NCBI GenBank assembly: GCA_964531985.1
Contig: CAZHFC010000001.1
Span: 29,572 to 93,571 of the forward strand
Origin: an uncultured Bacteroidales bacterium
GTDB lineage: Bacteria; Bacteroidota; Bacteroidia; Bacteroidales; B18-G4
Reading direction: 5' to 3'
DNA: 64,000 nucleotides
Each line of letters opens with the position of its first letter. Positions within the stretch are counted from its first letter, which is position 1. A program made the translations under genes and the position numbers. The notes beneath the pieces were generated by a model. It saw nothing but the letters and a program-made list of their open reading frames with translations, did not search any database and had not been told where the DNA came from. Below, in pieces: positions 20,413-29,878 of the stretch.

Positions 20413-22695
20413 TCAGAAACGGTAAGTGATCTCTGCCATCACAAAACGTCCGGGCGGAAGCTTGCCTTTCCGGTCGATGGTTTTATTGTCGGATATGTTT
20501 TGCATGCTCAGCGATATGCCGATGCCCTGCGACAGGTTTTTGCTTATCCTGACATTGAACAGGTGGTGAGCGGGGATATAAGCGGTATTCACGTTATTAT
20601 ACCATTGATCGCCCGTAAACTGCCAGTCGACCAGCAAATTCAGTACCTTGTTTCGCCAGCATACCGAGGCGTAGGCCATGGAGGCGGGCACCCCGGTCAG
20701 GGATTTCCCGCTTAGCTCCTTGCCTGCCGGCCCCGGATCATTAAGCTTGATGATGCGTGAATGATTGATGCTGTAATTGGCCGTAATGGCTAAACCCGGC
20801 AGGGCTTTCCAGGTGGCAGAGATTTCCGCTCCCGCGATCTCAATTTCGCCGATGTTTTGTCGCTGCAGGATGGAACCGGGGTCGTGGCCGCCTGTTATTG
20901 CCGAATCGACCGTGGCAACAAAATACTGTAAATCATGCCCCCGCGAATAATACACCGAAGGCTCCACCACCAGCCTGTTTCCGGCCATCCAGCTAAGCCC
21001 CGTTTCATAATTGATAATGCACTCGGGCCTGAGGCGGGGGTTGGCCACTATATAGCCTTCCGATATTTCGCCCGAAACAGTCAGGTCGGTGATTGCCGGG
21101 GCCGTAAAACCCGTCGATGCGGAAACATAAACTCCCAGGTTTTTCTTAAGCCGGTAATGTATGGCCAGCTTCGGACTGAGTTTTTGCCATGCATTCGCTT
21201 CGAAACGGGTCGAAATATCATTAACGGAACCGGTGTCGGTGGATAACTGGTATGCTTCCCGGTATCCGTCGAAGAACTGTGCATAGTCGAACCGCAGTCC
21301 GGCTACCAGGGAGATATTTTTCCGCAGGCTGATCTCATCTTGTATAAAGATGCCTGCCACAGCCAGTTTACCGCCATACTCCGCCTTATCTGAGGAGGTC
21401 CGGTAAATGTCATTGACCTTCATCCCGCCCATTTTCCCTTCTGCCCCGGCGGTGAGGAGATGGTTACCGGCAAAGCGCCGCGAAAGGTTCAGCCTGAAGC
21501 CATAGTCGTTGATCACCGACCGGCTGTCGGATAGCTTATATACGCCTTCCGGGTTGATGTTTTCGCTTTGCCTGTTGTAATGTTCCAGTTGATAGAACAA
21601 GCGCGCATTGATATGCATTTTCCCCTGTGTTTTTTCAAAGCCCGCGCTTGCGAGATGATTCTGGTAATGCTCAAATGCCCCATGCTTTTCAAACACTTTA
21701 ATGCCACTGCCGAAATGCCCGTTATAATAGCGGTATTGCACGTCAAGGCTTGTGCCAGGATTAAATTGATAGCCAAAGAGAATGCCGGCATTATATTCCC
21801 GCAGATCGACTTTTGTATCGAGGCTGTCGCGGCTTTCTTCCGGTTCGGAATAATATCCGTTGCTTCTGCGGCTGAATCCGTTCACTTTCCAGTAGTATCC
21901 GCTGCCACGGTAGAGGTCGATGCCGCCCACGCCGAAGGCGCCCCCAAAAGTTCCCATTGAACCGCCAAAGGTGCTTACCCTCCCTTCCACGGGCTTTTTC
22001 GGTTTCGGGCTGCTGATGCTGATCACGCCCCCCATGGCGTTGTTTCCGTAGATGGCTGAATTTGGCCCTTTCGACACTTCGATCTTCTCAACCTCCTGTG
22101 GTTCTATGAAGCTCCAGTTCATTGCACCTCCGGCCAGTTTGTTCATCGGAACGCCGTTGAGCAGCAACAGGGAGCGTGCACTGCCGGGCAAGCCGCGCAT
22201 GCTCACATTGGCGCTTTTCGAAAATATTCCGCGGGGCCTGTGGATATAGACATTGGCCACACCCGCCAGCAAGCCGTCGGTGTTGTTTGCCGGGAGCATG
22301 CCGGTCTGTCGCGGGGGCAGCAGCGCTACCCGTCCCGGGATCCCGGAATTTTTCCTGCTGTTCAGGGTGGCTGTTATGGTTTCCGGATCAATATCAATGA
22401 TGTCGGGCCTGAGGAAAATAGTTAACCCGGTCATATTGGTGTTAAAGTTAACAGACAGGCTGTCGCTGAAATATCCGGGATGTGTGATCAGGATGGTGTA
22501 GTTCCCCGGTGGCAGTTTTGAAAAAGTAAAAACGCCTTTGTTATTTGTAACGGTGCCGGCCTGTATTTCATTGATGACGACATGCACTTCGGGCAAAGGG
22601 GTTTTGTTGTAATCATCACGAACGGTTCCCTGCAGTACGAACACATCACCTGCTGAAGCCGCAAGGCCGGCAAGGAAAAAGAAAAGAATGTTCAT
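20413..22695 (-). CDS. TonB-dependent outer-membrane receptor
   Basis: N-terminal carboxypeptidase-like domain, plug motifs SMRGL...LLLLNGVP and IEVSKGPNSAIYGNNAMGGVI, and a C-terminus QNISD...PGRFVMAEITYRF. Confidence 0.9.
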   Translation of the reverse strand: MNILFFFLAGLAASAGDVFVLQGTVRDDYNKTPLPEVHVVINEIQAGTVTNNKGVFTFSKLPPGNYTILITHPGYFSDSLSVNFNTNMTGLTIFLRPDIIDIDPETITATLNSRKNSGIPGRVALLPPRQTGMLPANNTDGLLAGVANVYIHRPRGIFSKSANVSMRGLPGSARSLLLLNGVPMNKLAGGAMNWSFIEPQEVEKIEVSKGPNSAIYGNNAMGGVISISSPKPKKPVEGRVSTFGGSMGTFGGAFGVGGIDLYRGSGYYWKVNGFSRRSNGYYSEPEESRDSLDTKVDLREYNAGILFGYQFNPGTSLDVQYRYYNGHFGSGIKVFEKHGAFEHYQNHLASAGFEKTQGKMHINARLFYQLEHYNRQSENINPEGVYKLSDSRSVINDYGFRLNLSRRFAGNHLLTAGAEGKMGGMKVNDIYRTSSDKAEYGGKLAVAGIFIQDEISLRKNISLVAGLRFDYAQFFDGYREAYQLSTDTGSVNDISTRFEANAWQKLSPKLAIHYRLKKNLGVYVSASTGFTAPAITDLTVSGEISEGYIVANPRLRPECIINYETGLSWMAGNRLVVEPSVYYSRGHDLQYFVATVDSAITGGHDPGSILQRQNIGEIEIAGAEISATWKALPGLAITANYSINHSRIIKLNDPGPAGKELSGKSLTGVPASMAYASVCWRNKVLNLLVDWQFTGDQWYNNVNTAYIPAHHLFNVRISKNLSQGIGISLSMQNISDNKTIDRKGKLPPGRFVMAEITYRF

Positions 22696-23090
22696 TGTTT
22701 TTCAGACTTTCCGGCATTCCGGTTTTTTTTGAATCCGGCAAAGGCTTCTTCCACGGCATCATCCAGTTTTGTGCACAATGCATCATATGCTTCGAGTAAT
22801 TTCAGTGCGCCCGGTGTGAGACGTGAATAGCCTCCTTCGTGTCCGCCGCGTTTCTTTTCCGTCAGCTCATACCCAAGAAGCGATTCTGCCTTTTTCAGGT
22901 CGCTCCATGCCTTGCGGTAACTGACCCCCTGTTTTGAAGCTGCGGCCGAGAGCGATCCTTTTTCCAGGATCGCCCTCAGCAGGCCGTAGGTTTCTTCAGA
23001 AAGAATGTCTTCGCCGCTTACCGACGACAGCCAGAGTTTATAACTCAACAGTACGTTAAAGCGGCTGTTTTTCCTTTTTGGTGCCATCAT
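22692..23090 (-). CDS. modE: ModE-like winged-helix regulator (DNA-binding domain only, no TOBE/mop domains)
   Basis: LLRAILEKGSLSAAASKQGVSYRKAW...AE..LG..L....GG..GG.S.LT is the ModE N-terminal signature. The protein is 132 aa. Confidence 0.8.
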   Translation of the reverse strand: MMAPKRKNSRFNVLLSYKLWLSSVSGEDILSEETYGLLRAILEKGSLSAAASKQGVSYRKAWSDLKKAESLLGYELTEKKRGGHEGGYSRLTPGALKLLEAYDALCTKLDDAVEEAFAGFKKNRNAGKSEKQ

Positions 23091-23101
23091 TTGCTTTAGT
23101 T

Positions 23102-23125
23102 CATTATGTAAAAATAAACATAACG
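23102..23125. promoter_or_regulatory. ModE-type operator box
   Basis: CATTATGT-aaaaataa-ACATAACG is a 24-bp dyad matching the ModE consensus CGTTATAT-N8-ATATAACG at 13 of 16 positions, 11 bp from the modE-like start. Confidence 0.7.
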
Positions 23126-23202
23126 TTATAGATTACATGCAACAGGCATAAAAAACCATAATGGATTTTATCCGGGGCGATGGTATGCGTGCCCTGCTTA
23201 TG

Positions 23203-23628
23203 TCAGTGGCAGTTTTTCGAATATTGCTTCACTGCCTGGTAAAAATATTTTTGTTTGGCTTCGGTATCGCAATAGGCATCGATCTCTTTGGAGAGTGCCG
23301 TTAATTGCTGATCGAGGCTGACAATGGCCTCTTTGTGCTCTTTCTGGGCCACATCGCTCAGGGCCATTTCTGCAGATTTGTTCAGGTTTTCCATTTTACA
23401 GACCATTTCTGCTTTGCGCTCGGCGTAGCCGTTGATCTTCTGCACGTCTTCGTATGAAAGTCCCGTTCTTTCGCTCTGGTTTTGCATGCGCTCCTGGTAT
23501 TCTTCGTATTGCTGGGTGTTTGGCGTTGCCGTAAGCTGGCGGTTTTCGGTGGTCGTTTCGCGGGTTGATGAACAGGAAGCAAGTATTAAAAGGCCGAGGG
23601 CCGGCAGGAGAAATGACAGGGTTTTCAT
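23203..23628 (-). CDS. Hypothetical helical lipoprotein
   Basis: Lipobox LASC, with its own TATCTTTG -7 element at 23657-23664 on the minus strand. Confidence 0.7.
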   Translation of the reverse strand: MKTLSFLLPALGLLILASCSSTRETTTENRQLTATPNTQQYEEYQERMQNQSERTGLSYEDVQKINGYAERKAEMVCKMENLNKSAEMALSDVAQKEHKEAIVSLDQQLTALSKEIDAYCDTEAKQKYFYQAVKQYSKNCH

Positions 23629-23803
23629 TATATCTCGTTTAGTGTGATGGTTGCTGCAAAGATAATAAACTCCATGAACAATCTATACATGATAAATGTT
23701 AGTTGGGGGCGACAATGACAGGCAGGCCTGAAGCGGTCATGCCGGCATGATAAAAGCATAATCTGTTTCTCTCAGATTATTTTTTGGTTTTGTTTGATTC
23801 GAG

Positions 23804-23827
23804 AAAGGGCCGGGATTCCGGCCCTTT
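23804..23827 (-). terminator. Intrinsic terminator after aor
   Basis: Hairpin aaagggccgg-gatt-ccggcccttt immediately after the aor stop codon. Confidence 0.75.
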
Positions 23828-23832
23828 TTTCA

Positions 23833-25989
23833 TTACTCCTGGTGTGGTTTAACCACCTCGATCAGTTCCGGCAGGTCCATGCCCAGTTCCTTGAGATGGG
23901 AGATTTTCGGTACACCGTTTTTGGTCCATCCGCGACGCAGGTACACGGCATCGAGGAGTTTCTCATAGCGGTCTTCGCGGTATTTCCTGAGAAGGGCTTT
24001 CTTCTCGGCGGTTGTTTTTCCTGCCGGATCGATGCCAATCGTTTCCTTAAGCTGTTTGTCGTAGCGTTCTGCTCTGGATTCGTATTCTTCGTCGGTAACG
24101 GGTCCGGCTGCACGAAAAGGCTGGGCATCGAATTTCCTGATTCCATAGCCCCGTCTGAGGTTGAAGATGCGCTGGAAATTGTATACCCTTTCCGACTGCC
24201 TGATCAGCTCTTCCTTGCCGAAGGGTTTTCCCGTTACGGCGCTGTAAATGGTTACGTAGTTATCGACGTGTTCGGGTACCTTGGCCGGCTCATCGGTTTC
24301 GGCATTGTTTTCGGGTTCAACGTCGTTCCAGGGCAATTTGCACAGGCCCACCAGCCCGAACCATGTACGGAACATGGGGAAGTAGTGCAGGGCTTCGGCC
24401 TTGTCCTCGAAAGTGGGGATCTGGTTGTTTACCATATCCATGAAGATAAGCCACGCTTCGTCATGCTGTGGTCCCTTGTTGGTCATGGCAAAACCACCCT
24501 GCTGGGCCAGTGATTCTTTGGATACGTATTCGGAGTATTCCAGTCCCTTGTTTTCCATGCCGATATCCTGCAGGAAAGCGGGGTCGCCCCAGCCCTTTTC
24601 AATGAACAGTGCTTTCATCCGGCGAACGCCCAGGCCGGCCACCAGTCCAAAGCCTTCGCCCCGGGCAAGCTGGTGTATCAGTTCCATGGCTGCATCGGCA
24701 TTGCCGAAGTTCAGTTTCAGTCCGCCTGTACGTTCTTCGTTGAGGATGCCGTTTTCGTAGCATTCCATAATAAAGGCCATCAGCGTTCCCCAGGTAATGG
24801 TACAAATGCCGTAGGTGTCGCAATAAAAGTTTGCTTCTATCACATAGTCGGGGTTGAAGATGCCGCAATTGGAGCCCAGTCCGCCGGCATTTTCATATTC
24901 CGGACCATCTACGATCACTTTCTGGCCGGCATAGGGGCCGGTCCTGACAAGGTATTCATCTACGCCCTTGGAGCAGGACATGTTGCAGCCGATCCAGCAA
25001 CCATCCGGGATGCCCTGTGTAAAGCGCGATTTCCACACTTCTGAGTGTATGCCGTCGGCTTCGGGATGGCTTCCGAACTTAAAATTATGCACAGGCAACA
25101 GGTCATAGTCGTTCATGATGTTCACCAGGTGGGCCGTCCCTTTGGACCTCATCTCTGCCTGGCTGTCGTCAAGCTCCCGCATTTCCCTGTTAAAGCGTTT
25201 ACCGCGCTCCATGATCGCGTCGAGGTCGGCTACGTCGTTAAGGTTGCCTTTAACGCCCGGTATCCTGCAAACCAGGGCTTTGATCTTTTTATTGCGGAAC
25301 ACCGTTCCGATACCGCCACGGCCTGCTTGTTTCAGCCTCACTTTTTTCCTTTTCGGATCGTAAAAACTGAAATTCAGCATGCCGATGAGTGAATGGCCGG
25401 CGGCAGCGCCGGTCGATACTACGGCTATGTTTTTTCTGTCTTTTTCGTCTTCGGCAAACATTTCGGTAAGCACTTCGGCCAGCTCATGGCTGTCGATGGG
25501 TTCGAGCGGCGCTTCAAAGATCTCCACGCGGTGATTCACGCCGTCGATAAAGATCATAATGTCGTTCTCAGCCTTACCCTGCAGTTCAATGGCGTCGAAG
25601 CCCGAAAACTTGAGGAAGGGGCCGAAAAACCCACCCACATTGCTGTCGATCGGGATGTTTGTCTGAGGGGAGATGGAAACACAGATCGATTTCCCTGTTC
25701 CCGAATATTGTGTGATACCACCGATAGGGCCGGAAGAGATGTTGATCTCGTTTTCGGGATCATCCCATTTGGTTTCGGGCGTTGTAGCGTCCCATAACAG
25801 CCGCAACCCGTATCCCTTGCCCCCGATGAACTTCTCCTTCATCAGCGGTGGCACTGTTTTTTCTCTTATCTCATTGCCGGATACGTTGATGTAAAGTATC
25901 TTGTCGGTGTAACCCCGGTGCAATGGCGTCCATTCATACTTCCATTCCTTCAGGGTTTTGTGGGCGTTCTTCATTTCTGTAATATCCAT
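23833..25989 (-). CDS. aor: Aldehyde:ferredoxin oxidoreductase family (tungstopterin, 4Fe-4S) enzyme
   Basis: Motifs KFIGGKG, SPQT...DSNVGG, QAGRGGIG, CWIGCNMSC plus distal GLCK, GPEYE, CDTYG and ERVYNFQRIFN. The start is placed at ATG 25989 (the ORF track starts at 25998). Confidence 0.9.
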   Translation of the reverse strand: MDITEMKNAHKTLKEWKYEWTPLHRGYTDKILYINVSGNEIREKTVPPLMKEKFIGGKGYGLRLLWDATTPETKWDDPENEINISSGPIGGITQYSGTGKSICVSISPQTNIPIDSNVGGFFGPFLKFSGFDAIELQGKAENDIMIFIDGVNHRVEIFEAPLEPIDSHELAEVLTEMFAEDEKDRKNIAVVSTGAAAGHSLIGMLNFSFYDPKRKKVRLKQAGRGGIGTVFRNKKIKALVCRIPGVKGNLNDVADLDAIMERGKRFNREMRELDDSQAEMRSKGTAHLVNIMNDYDLLPVHNFKFGSHPEADGIHSEVWKSRFTQGIPDGCWIGCNMSCSKGVDEYLVRTGPYAGQKVIVDGPEYENAGGLGSNCGIFNPDYVIEANFYCDTYGICTITWGTLMAFIMECYENGILNEERTGGLKLNFGNADAAMELIHQLARGEGFGLVAGLGVRRMKALFIEKGWGDPAFLQDIGMENKGLEYSEYVSKESLAQQGGFAMTNKGPQHDEAWLIFMDMVNNQIPTFEDKAEALHYFPMFRTWFGLVGLCKLPWNDVEPENNAETDEPAKVPEHVDNYVTIYSAVTGKPFGKEELIRQSERVYNFQRIFNLRRGYGIRKFDAQPFRAAGPVTDEEYESRAERYDKQLKETIGIDPAGKTTAEKKALLRKYREDRYEKLLDAVYLRRGWTKNGVPKISHLKELGMDLPELIEVVKPHQE

Positions 25990-26079
25990 AATGATCAAGC
26001 TTTATAATGCCGTTGAAATTAGCTTTCAAAATTATCAATTTATCCTTATCCAGCTATGGATTTGCAATGTTAAAAAACT

Positions 26080-26101
26080 GATATGCAAATTAATGCATAT
26101 C
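26080..26101. promoter_or_regulatory. Palindromic operator candidate in the aor / thiF divergent region
   Basis: GATATGCA-aattaa-TGCATATC, about 45 bp upstream of the aor -7 element TAATTTTG (26027-26034, minus strand). Confidence 0.5.
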
Positions 26102-26394
26102 GATTATGAAATGATAATGCTTTAAGGTATACCGGATTACGGACTGTTTAGAAGTTTTTTAAATTAGAGAAAGGTTTTGCCTGGGGGAGTGAAATCTGAT
26201 TAAACTATCACCCCGAACCCGGTACCTGTTTTTACGTGCAAATTCTTTTCGGTTTTTGATAACAACCATTCCGCCACTTCAAATATCAAAAATCAGCTAT
26301 CAGCGATCATCTGCCGTTTTTTCAATTCCAAAGGTCTCACAGCCGTCACAAGCAACTGAACAATCAAACGAAACCATTATCTTTGTATGCAGAT

Positions 26395-26979
26395 ATGACA
26401 TCCGAAGCGATAAGGGAGCGGTTAAAAGGCAAAACTGTCGGTATAGCCGGCTGCGGGGGGCTGGGCTCCAATGCGGCCGTCGCGTTGGCGCGGGTTGGCA
26501 TCGGGAAGCTTATCCTGGTGGATTTCGACCGAGTTGAGGCGTCCAACCTTAACCGGCAGTATTATTTCCGTGATCAGATCGGACAACCGAAAGTTGAGGC
26601 CCTGAAGCAGAACATCCATGCCATCGATCCGGAGATCACCATTCGCACCCATATGCTCAGGCTCGACCCGGAGCGTTTGGTTGAACTGTTTTCCGGCTGC
26701 GAAGTCATCATAGAAGCCTTCGATACCGACTGTGACAAGCAAATGATCATTGAGACCGTGCTGACCGATATGCCTGACAGATACCTGATATCAGGACAGG
26801 GGCTTGCCGGGTTCGGCGATAATGAAAGCATCGTCACAAGGCAGTACGACAGGCTTTTCATTATTGGCGACGGTTTGCGTGAGGTTTCCGACGGGCTTCC
26901 GCCACTTGCCCCCAGGGTGGGGGTGGTGGCCGCCATGCAGGCCAACCTGGCCCTTGAACTCCTGATGAAAAACGAATGA
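26395..26979 (+). CDS. thiF: ThiF/MoeB-family sulfur-carrier adenylyltransferase
   Basis: Motifs GIAGCGGLGS, LVDFDRVEASNLNRQ and IEAFD. The start is placed at ATG 26395, downstream of TATCTTTG (26378-26385). Confidence 0.85.
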   Translation: MTSEAIRERLKGKTVGIAGCGGLGSNAAVALARVGIGKLILVDFDRVEASNLNRQYYFRDQIGQPKVEALKQNIHAIDPEITIRTHMLRLDPERLVELFSGCEVIIEAFDTDCDKQMIIETVLTDMPDRYLISGQGLAGFGDNESIVTRQYDRLFIIGDGLREVSDGLPPLAPRVGVVAAMQANLALELLMKNE

Positions 26980-26980
26980 G

Positions 26981-27184
26981 ATGGAAATTACACTGAACAA
27001 CAGGAAAGAAAATATCGAACGGGAACCGATCAGCCTTGCTGAACTGATCGATTACAAGAATTTTTCATTCAAACTGCTGGTGACCAAGGTCAACGGGAAG
27101 CTGGTTAAAAAAGAGGAACGCGATGAGGTCATGATCAGGCCGGGCGATGAGGTGCAGGTGTTGCACATGATCTCGGGCGGATGA
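26981..27184 (+). CDS. thiS: ThiS/MoaD ubiquitin-like sulfur carrier
   Basis: 67 aa, with VNG...GDEVQVLHMISGG and a C-terminal GG. Confidence 0.85.
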   Translation: MEITLNNRKENIEREPISLAELIDYKNFSFKLLVTKVNGKLVKKEERDEVMIRPGDEVQVLHMISGG

Positions 27185-27305
27185 TGGACTTTGTGATGAT
27201 TCGGTTGTGGGATCCGGGAATGCCGGCACTGGCCCTGATAAGTGAATAGGTCACATCGCCTGATGCCTTATCGCCCGGTTTTTGAAATGACTGCCAGAAG
27301 GCTGA

Positions 27306-28523
27306 TCATACCACTTCCGCTACCACAAAGGTGCTTCCGCCCACAAACACCAGGTCGTTTTCCCCTGCATTCTGCAGTGCTGCATGATAAGCTTCTTTTA
27401 CTGTAGCAAAGATGTTTCCCTTTAATCCAAATGCCGAGGCAGCCTGCCGCAGCTCCGCTGCATCCATCGCCCTTGGGATACCGGCCTTGCAGAAATAATA
27501 TTCAGCGGTGGCCGGGAGCAATTCCAGCACCGGGTCAATATTTTTGTCGGCTACCAGGCCCAGTACGAAGTGAAGGTTTTTATGCGGCGTTTGGCCGATC
27601 ATGTCCAGCACTTCACGGATGCCGTCGCGGTTATGCCCGATGTCGCATATGGCCAGAGGATCCATCTGTATCACTTGCCAGCGGCCCAGCAATCCGGTGT
27701 TTTCAACAACTTTTTCAATCCCGCGGCGAAAATGAAGGGGTGAAACTGAAAATCCGGCTTCTTTCAACTGCTCAATGGCGGCCATTACAGTGACCAGGTT
27801 CCGCTTCTGCCAGGGGCCCTTCAGGGCCGGCTCCATAAGGGCAACATAGCGCTGGTCGGCAAAGACCAGCCTGGTTTGCACCTCTCCGGCCCTGCCGGCG
27901 AAAACATGTTTTGTTTCCTCCTGCGTTTCGCCCACGATGGCCGGCACGCCGGCCTTGATGATGCCGGCTTTCTCCCTGGCGATCTTTTCCAGCGTATCGC
28001 CCAGGAACTGCATGTGGTCGTAACCGATGTTGGTGATCACCGACAACAGGGGGGTGATCACGTTGGTCGAATCCAGCCGCCCGCCCATGCCGGCCTCGAT
28101 CACGGCAATGTCAACCTTCTCATTCCTGAAGTGGTCGAAAGCCATGCCCACCGTCATCTCGAAAAAAGAAAGCCCCATCCCTTCAAATTCTTCCCTGTAC
28201 CCGGCAATGAAATCCACCACCTTGTCCTCCGGGATCATCTGTCCGTTGATCCTGATCCTTTCCCTGAAGTCTTTTATGTGTGGTGATGTATAAAGCCCGG
28301 TTTTATAACCGGCCTGCTGCAGCACCGATGCCATCATGTGCGATACCGAGCCTTTGCCGTTGGTCCCGGCCACATGCACCGCCCTGAAAGCGTTTTCGGG
28401 ATTGCCGAGCAGGCGGCACAGGGCAATGGTGTTCGACAGGTCGGCCTTGTAGGCAGCCGGCCCGATGCGCTGGAACATGGGCAGTTGGCTGTACATATAA
28501 TCCAGAGTATCCCGGTAGTTCAT
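27306..28523 (-). CDS. folC: Folylpolyglutamate synthase / dihydrofolate synthase
   Basis: Motifs HVAGTNGKGS, GLYTSPH, EAGMGGRLDSTNV, IAREKAGIIK and GRWQ. Confidence 0.95.
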   Translation of the reverse strand: MNYRDTLDYMYSQLPMFQRIGPAAYKADLSNTIALCRLLGNPENAFRAVHVAGTNGKGSVSHMMASVLQQAGYKTGLYTSPHIKDFRERIRINGQMIPEDKVVDFIAGYREEFEGMGLSFFEMTVGMAFDHFRNEKVDIAVIEAGMGGRLDSTNVITPLLSVITNIGYDHMQFLGDTLEKIAREKAGIIKAGVPAIVGETQEETKHVFAGRAGEVQTRLVFADQRYVALMEPALKGPWQKRNLVTVMAAIEQLKEAGFSVSPLHFRRGIEKVVENTGLLGRWQVIQMDPLAICDIGHNRDGIREVLDMIGQTPHKNLHFVLGLVADKNIDPVLELLPATAEYYFCKAGIPRAMDAAELRQAASAFGLKGNIFATVKEAYHAALQNAGENDLVFVGGSTFVVAEVV

Positions 28524-28611
28524 GTCGCAAAGGTAATAATGAATGATGCATGCTGTTTGGGTTAAAGGTTGGACGGTATTCCTTTTCCAATCAGCCGGTT
28601 TAACGGCATCA

Positions 28612-29448
28612 TCAATTCAGCCTGATAAAATTATAGGTGATGGTCCCTCTTTGCCTTTCGGGTGCGTTGGGATCGGAGGCGAAGACCGATCGCAGGGCGG
28701 CTTCTTCGGCCAGCCTTCGCAGACGCAGGTCGGTGATGGTGGTTCCCCTTGCCCCGGCCATGGCCGAAACCACTTTGCCGCTGCGGTCAACCCTGATCTC
28801 CACCACTACCTTTCCCTGTTCTTCTGAGTCGTATGCAGGCTTGGGCAGGTGTTTCACCCCTCGTCCCCCCAGGTCATAACCTACACCTTCACCCTGCCCG
28901 CCCTGTCCTTCATAGGCAGCGGCAGCGGGCGTGCCGTTGGGATCGCCCTGGTCGCCGGGCTGGCCGGTTATTCCTTCGTTGCTGCCGTCTCCGCTGGTCT
29001 GGCTGCTGCCACGGTATAAGGCCCGTTCAATCACTTTGGGCGGCTCCGGCTCAGGCTCCTCTTCCTGAACAACTTCTTCTTCTGCAGCTTGATCGTCGGG
29101 GTCGACAGGTTTTTCTTCTTCCCTTGGTTTTTCTTTGTCTTTAATGTCTTCCTGGCGGATGGCCGGTGCCTCTTCCACTTCCTGTGTAATCAGGTCTTCT
29201 TCGGGCTCCGGATCCGGGTCGGTCTGCGGGGGAGGTGTTTGTCGCTGCGGGCGCTCAACGGGCGGTGGCGACAACTCCTGCACAACCCCCATACCCTGGC
29301 GGCTGCTACCCAGGTTCACCTCCACGCCTTCTTCACCGGGCAGAGGAAGCGGGGTGGAAAGGGCAAAATACAAGAGCGCGAGCAACACCAGCAGGTGAAA
29401 CCCGATGGTTACAACCAGTCCCCTGAACCTGTTATTGTTCTCGCTCAT
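28612..29448 (-). CDS. tonB: Energy transducer TonB
   Basis: N-terminal TM helix with His, a Pro/Glu-rich linker and a TonB_C domain (GKVVVEIRVDRSGKV). It follows exbB-exbD. Confidence 0.85.
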   Translation of the reverse strand: MSENNNRFRGLVVTIGFHLLVLLALLYFALSTPLPLPGEEGVEVNLGSSRQGMGVVQELSPPPVERPQRQTPPPQTDPDPEPEEDLITQEVEEAPAIRQEDIKDKEKPREEEKPVDPDDQAAEEEVVQEEEPEPEPPKVIERALYRGSSQTSGDGSNEGITGQPGDQGDPNGTPAAAAYEGQGGQGEGVGYDLGGRGVKHLPKPAYDSEEQGKVVVEIRVDRSGKVVSAMAGARGTTITDLRLRRLAEEAALRSVFASDPNAPERQRGTITYNFIRLN

Positions 29449-29453
29449 TTATG

Positions 29454-29867
29454 CTATCGTTTTGGCTGGGTGGCCAGGATCACTTTATGTTTGGTATTGT
29501 ATTTACGGTTGATGTTGTTCACGGCATCGATCACGTTCACCACATACTGGACAGGAACGCTTTTGTCAGACCTGAGCACCACCGATGCATCGACCTGCCC
29601 GGCAATGCTATTGTCGATCCTGTCCTGCAACTGTAATTCGCTTACACGGTTTTCGTTCACGAAATACTGGTACTTGTCGTTGATGTATACCGTGACCGAT
29701 TGCTTGGCCATGGTCTTGCTGTTGCTGGTCGGCAACAGCAGTTTGATGGCGTTGGGTGCCACCAGGGTGGAGGTAAGCATGAAGAATATCAGTAGCAGGA
29801 ATACCAGATCCGACATGGATGCCATGCTGAATTCCGCCTTTCTCTTATTTCTTGGTTGAATGGCCAT
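29454..29867 (-). CDS. exbD: Biopolymer transport protein ExbD
   Basis: Motifs SMSDLVFLLLIFFM and VLRSDKSVP. Confidence 0.92.
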   Translation of the reverse strand: MAIQPRNKRKAEFSMASMSDLVFLLLIFFMLTSTLVAPNAIKLLLPTSNSKTMAKQSVTVYINDKYQYFVNENRVSELQLQDRIDNSIAGQVDASVVLRSDKSVPVQYVVNVIDAVNNINRKYNTKHKVILATQPKR

Positions 29868-29878
29868 TTTACTTGGTT

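Noticed and set aside
26181-26235. TPP-riboswitch-like fragment (GGGG...CTGA...ACCCCGAACCCG) upstream of thiF-thiS
   Set aside because: It lacks the CUGAGA and the AUAAU...GCGUAGG core elements, and the probable thiF promoter (26378-26385) lies downstream of it.
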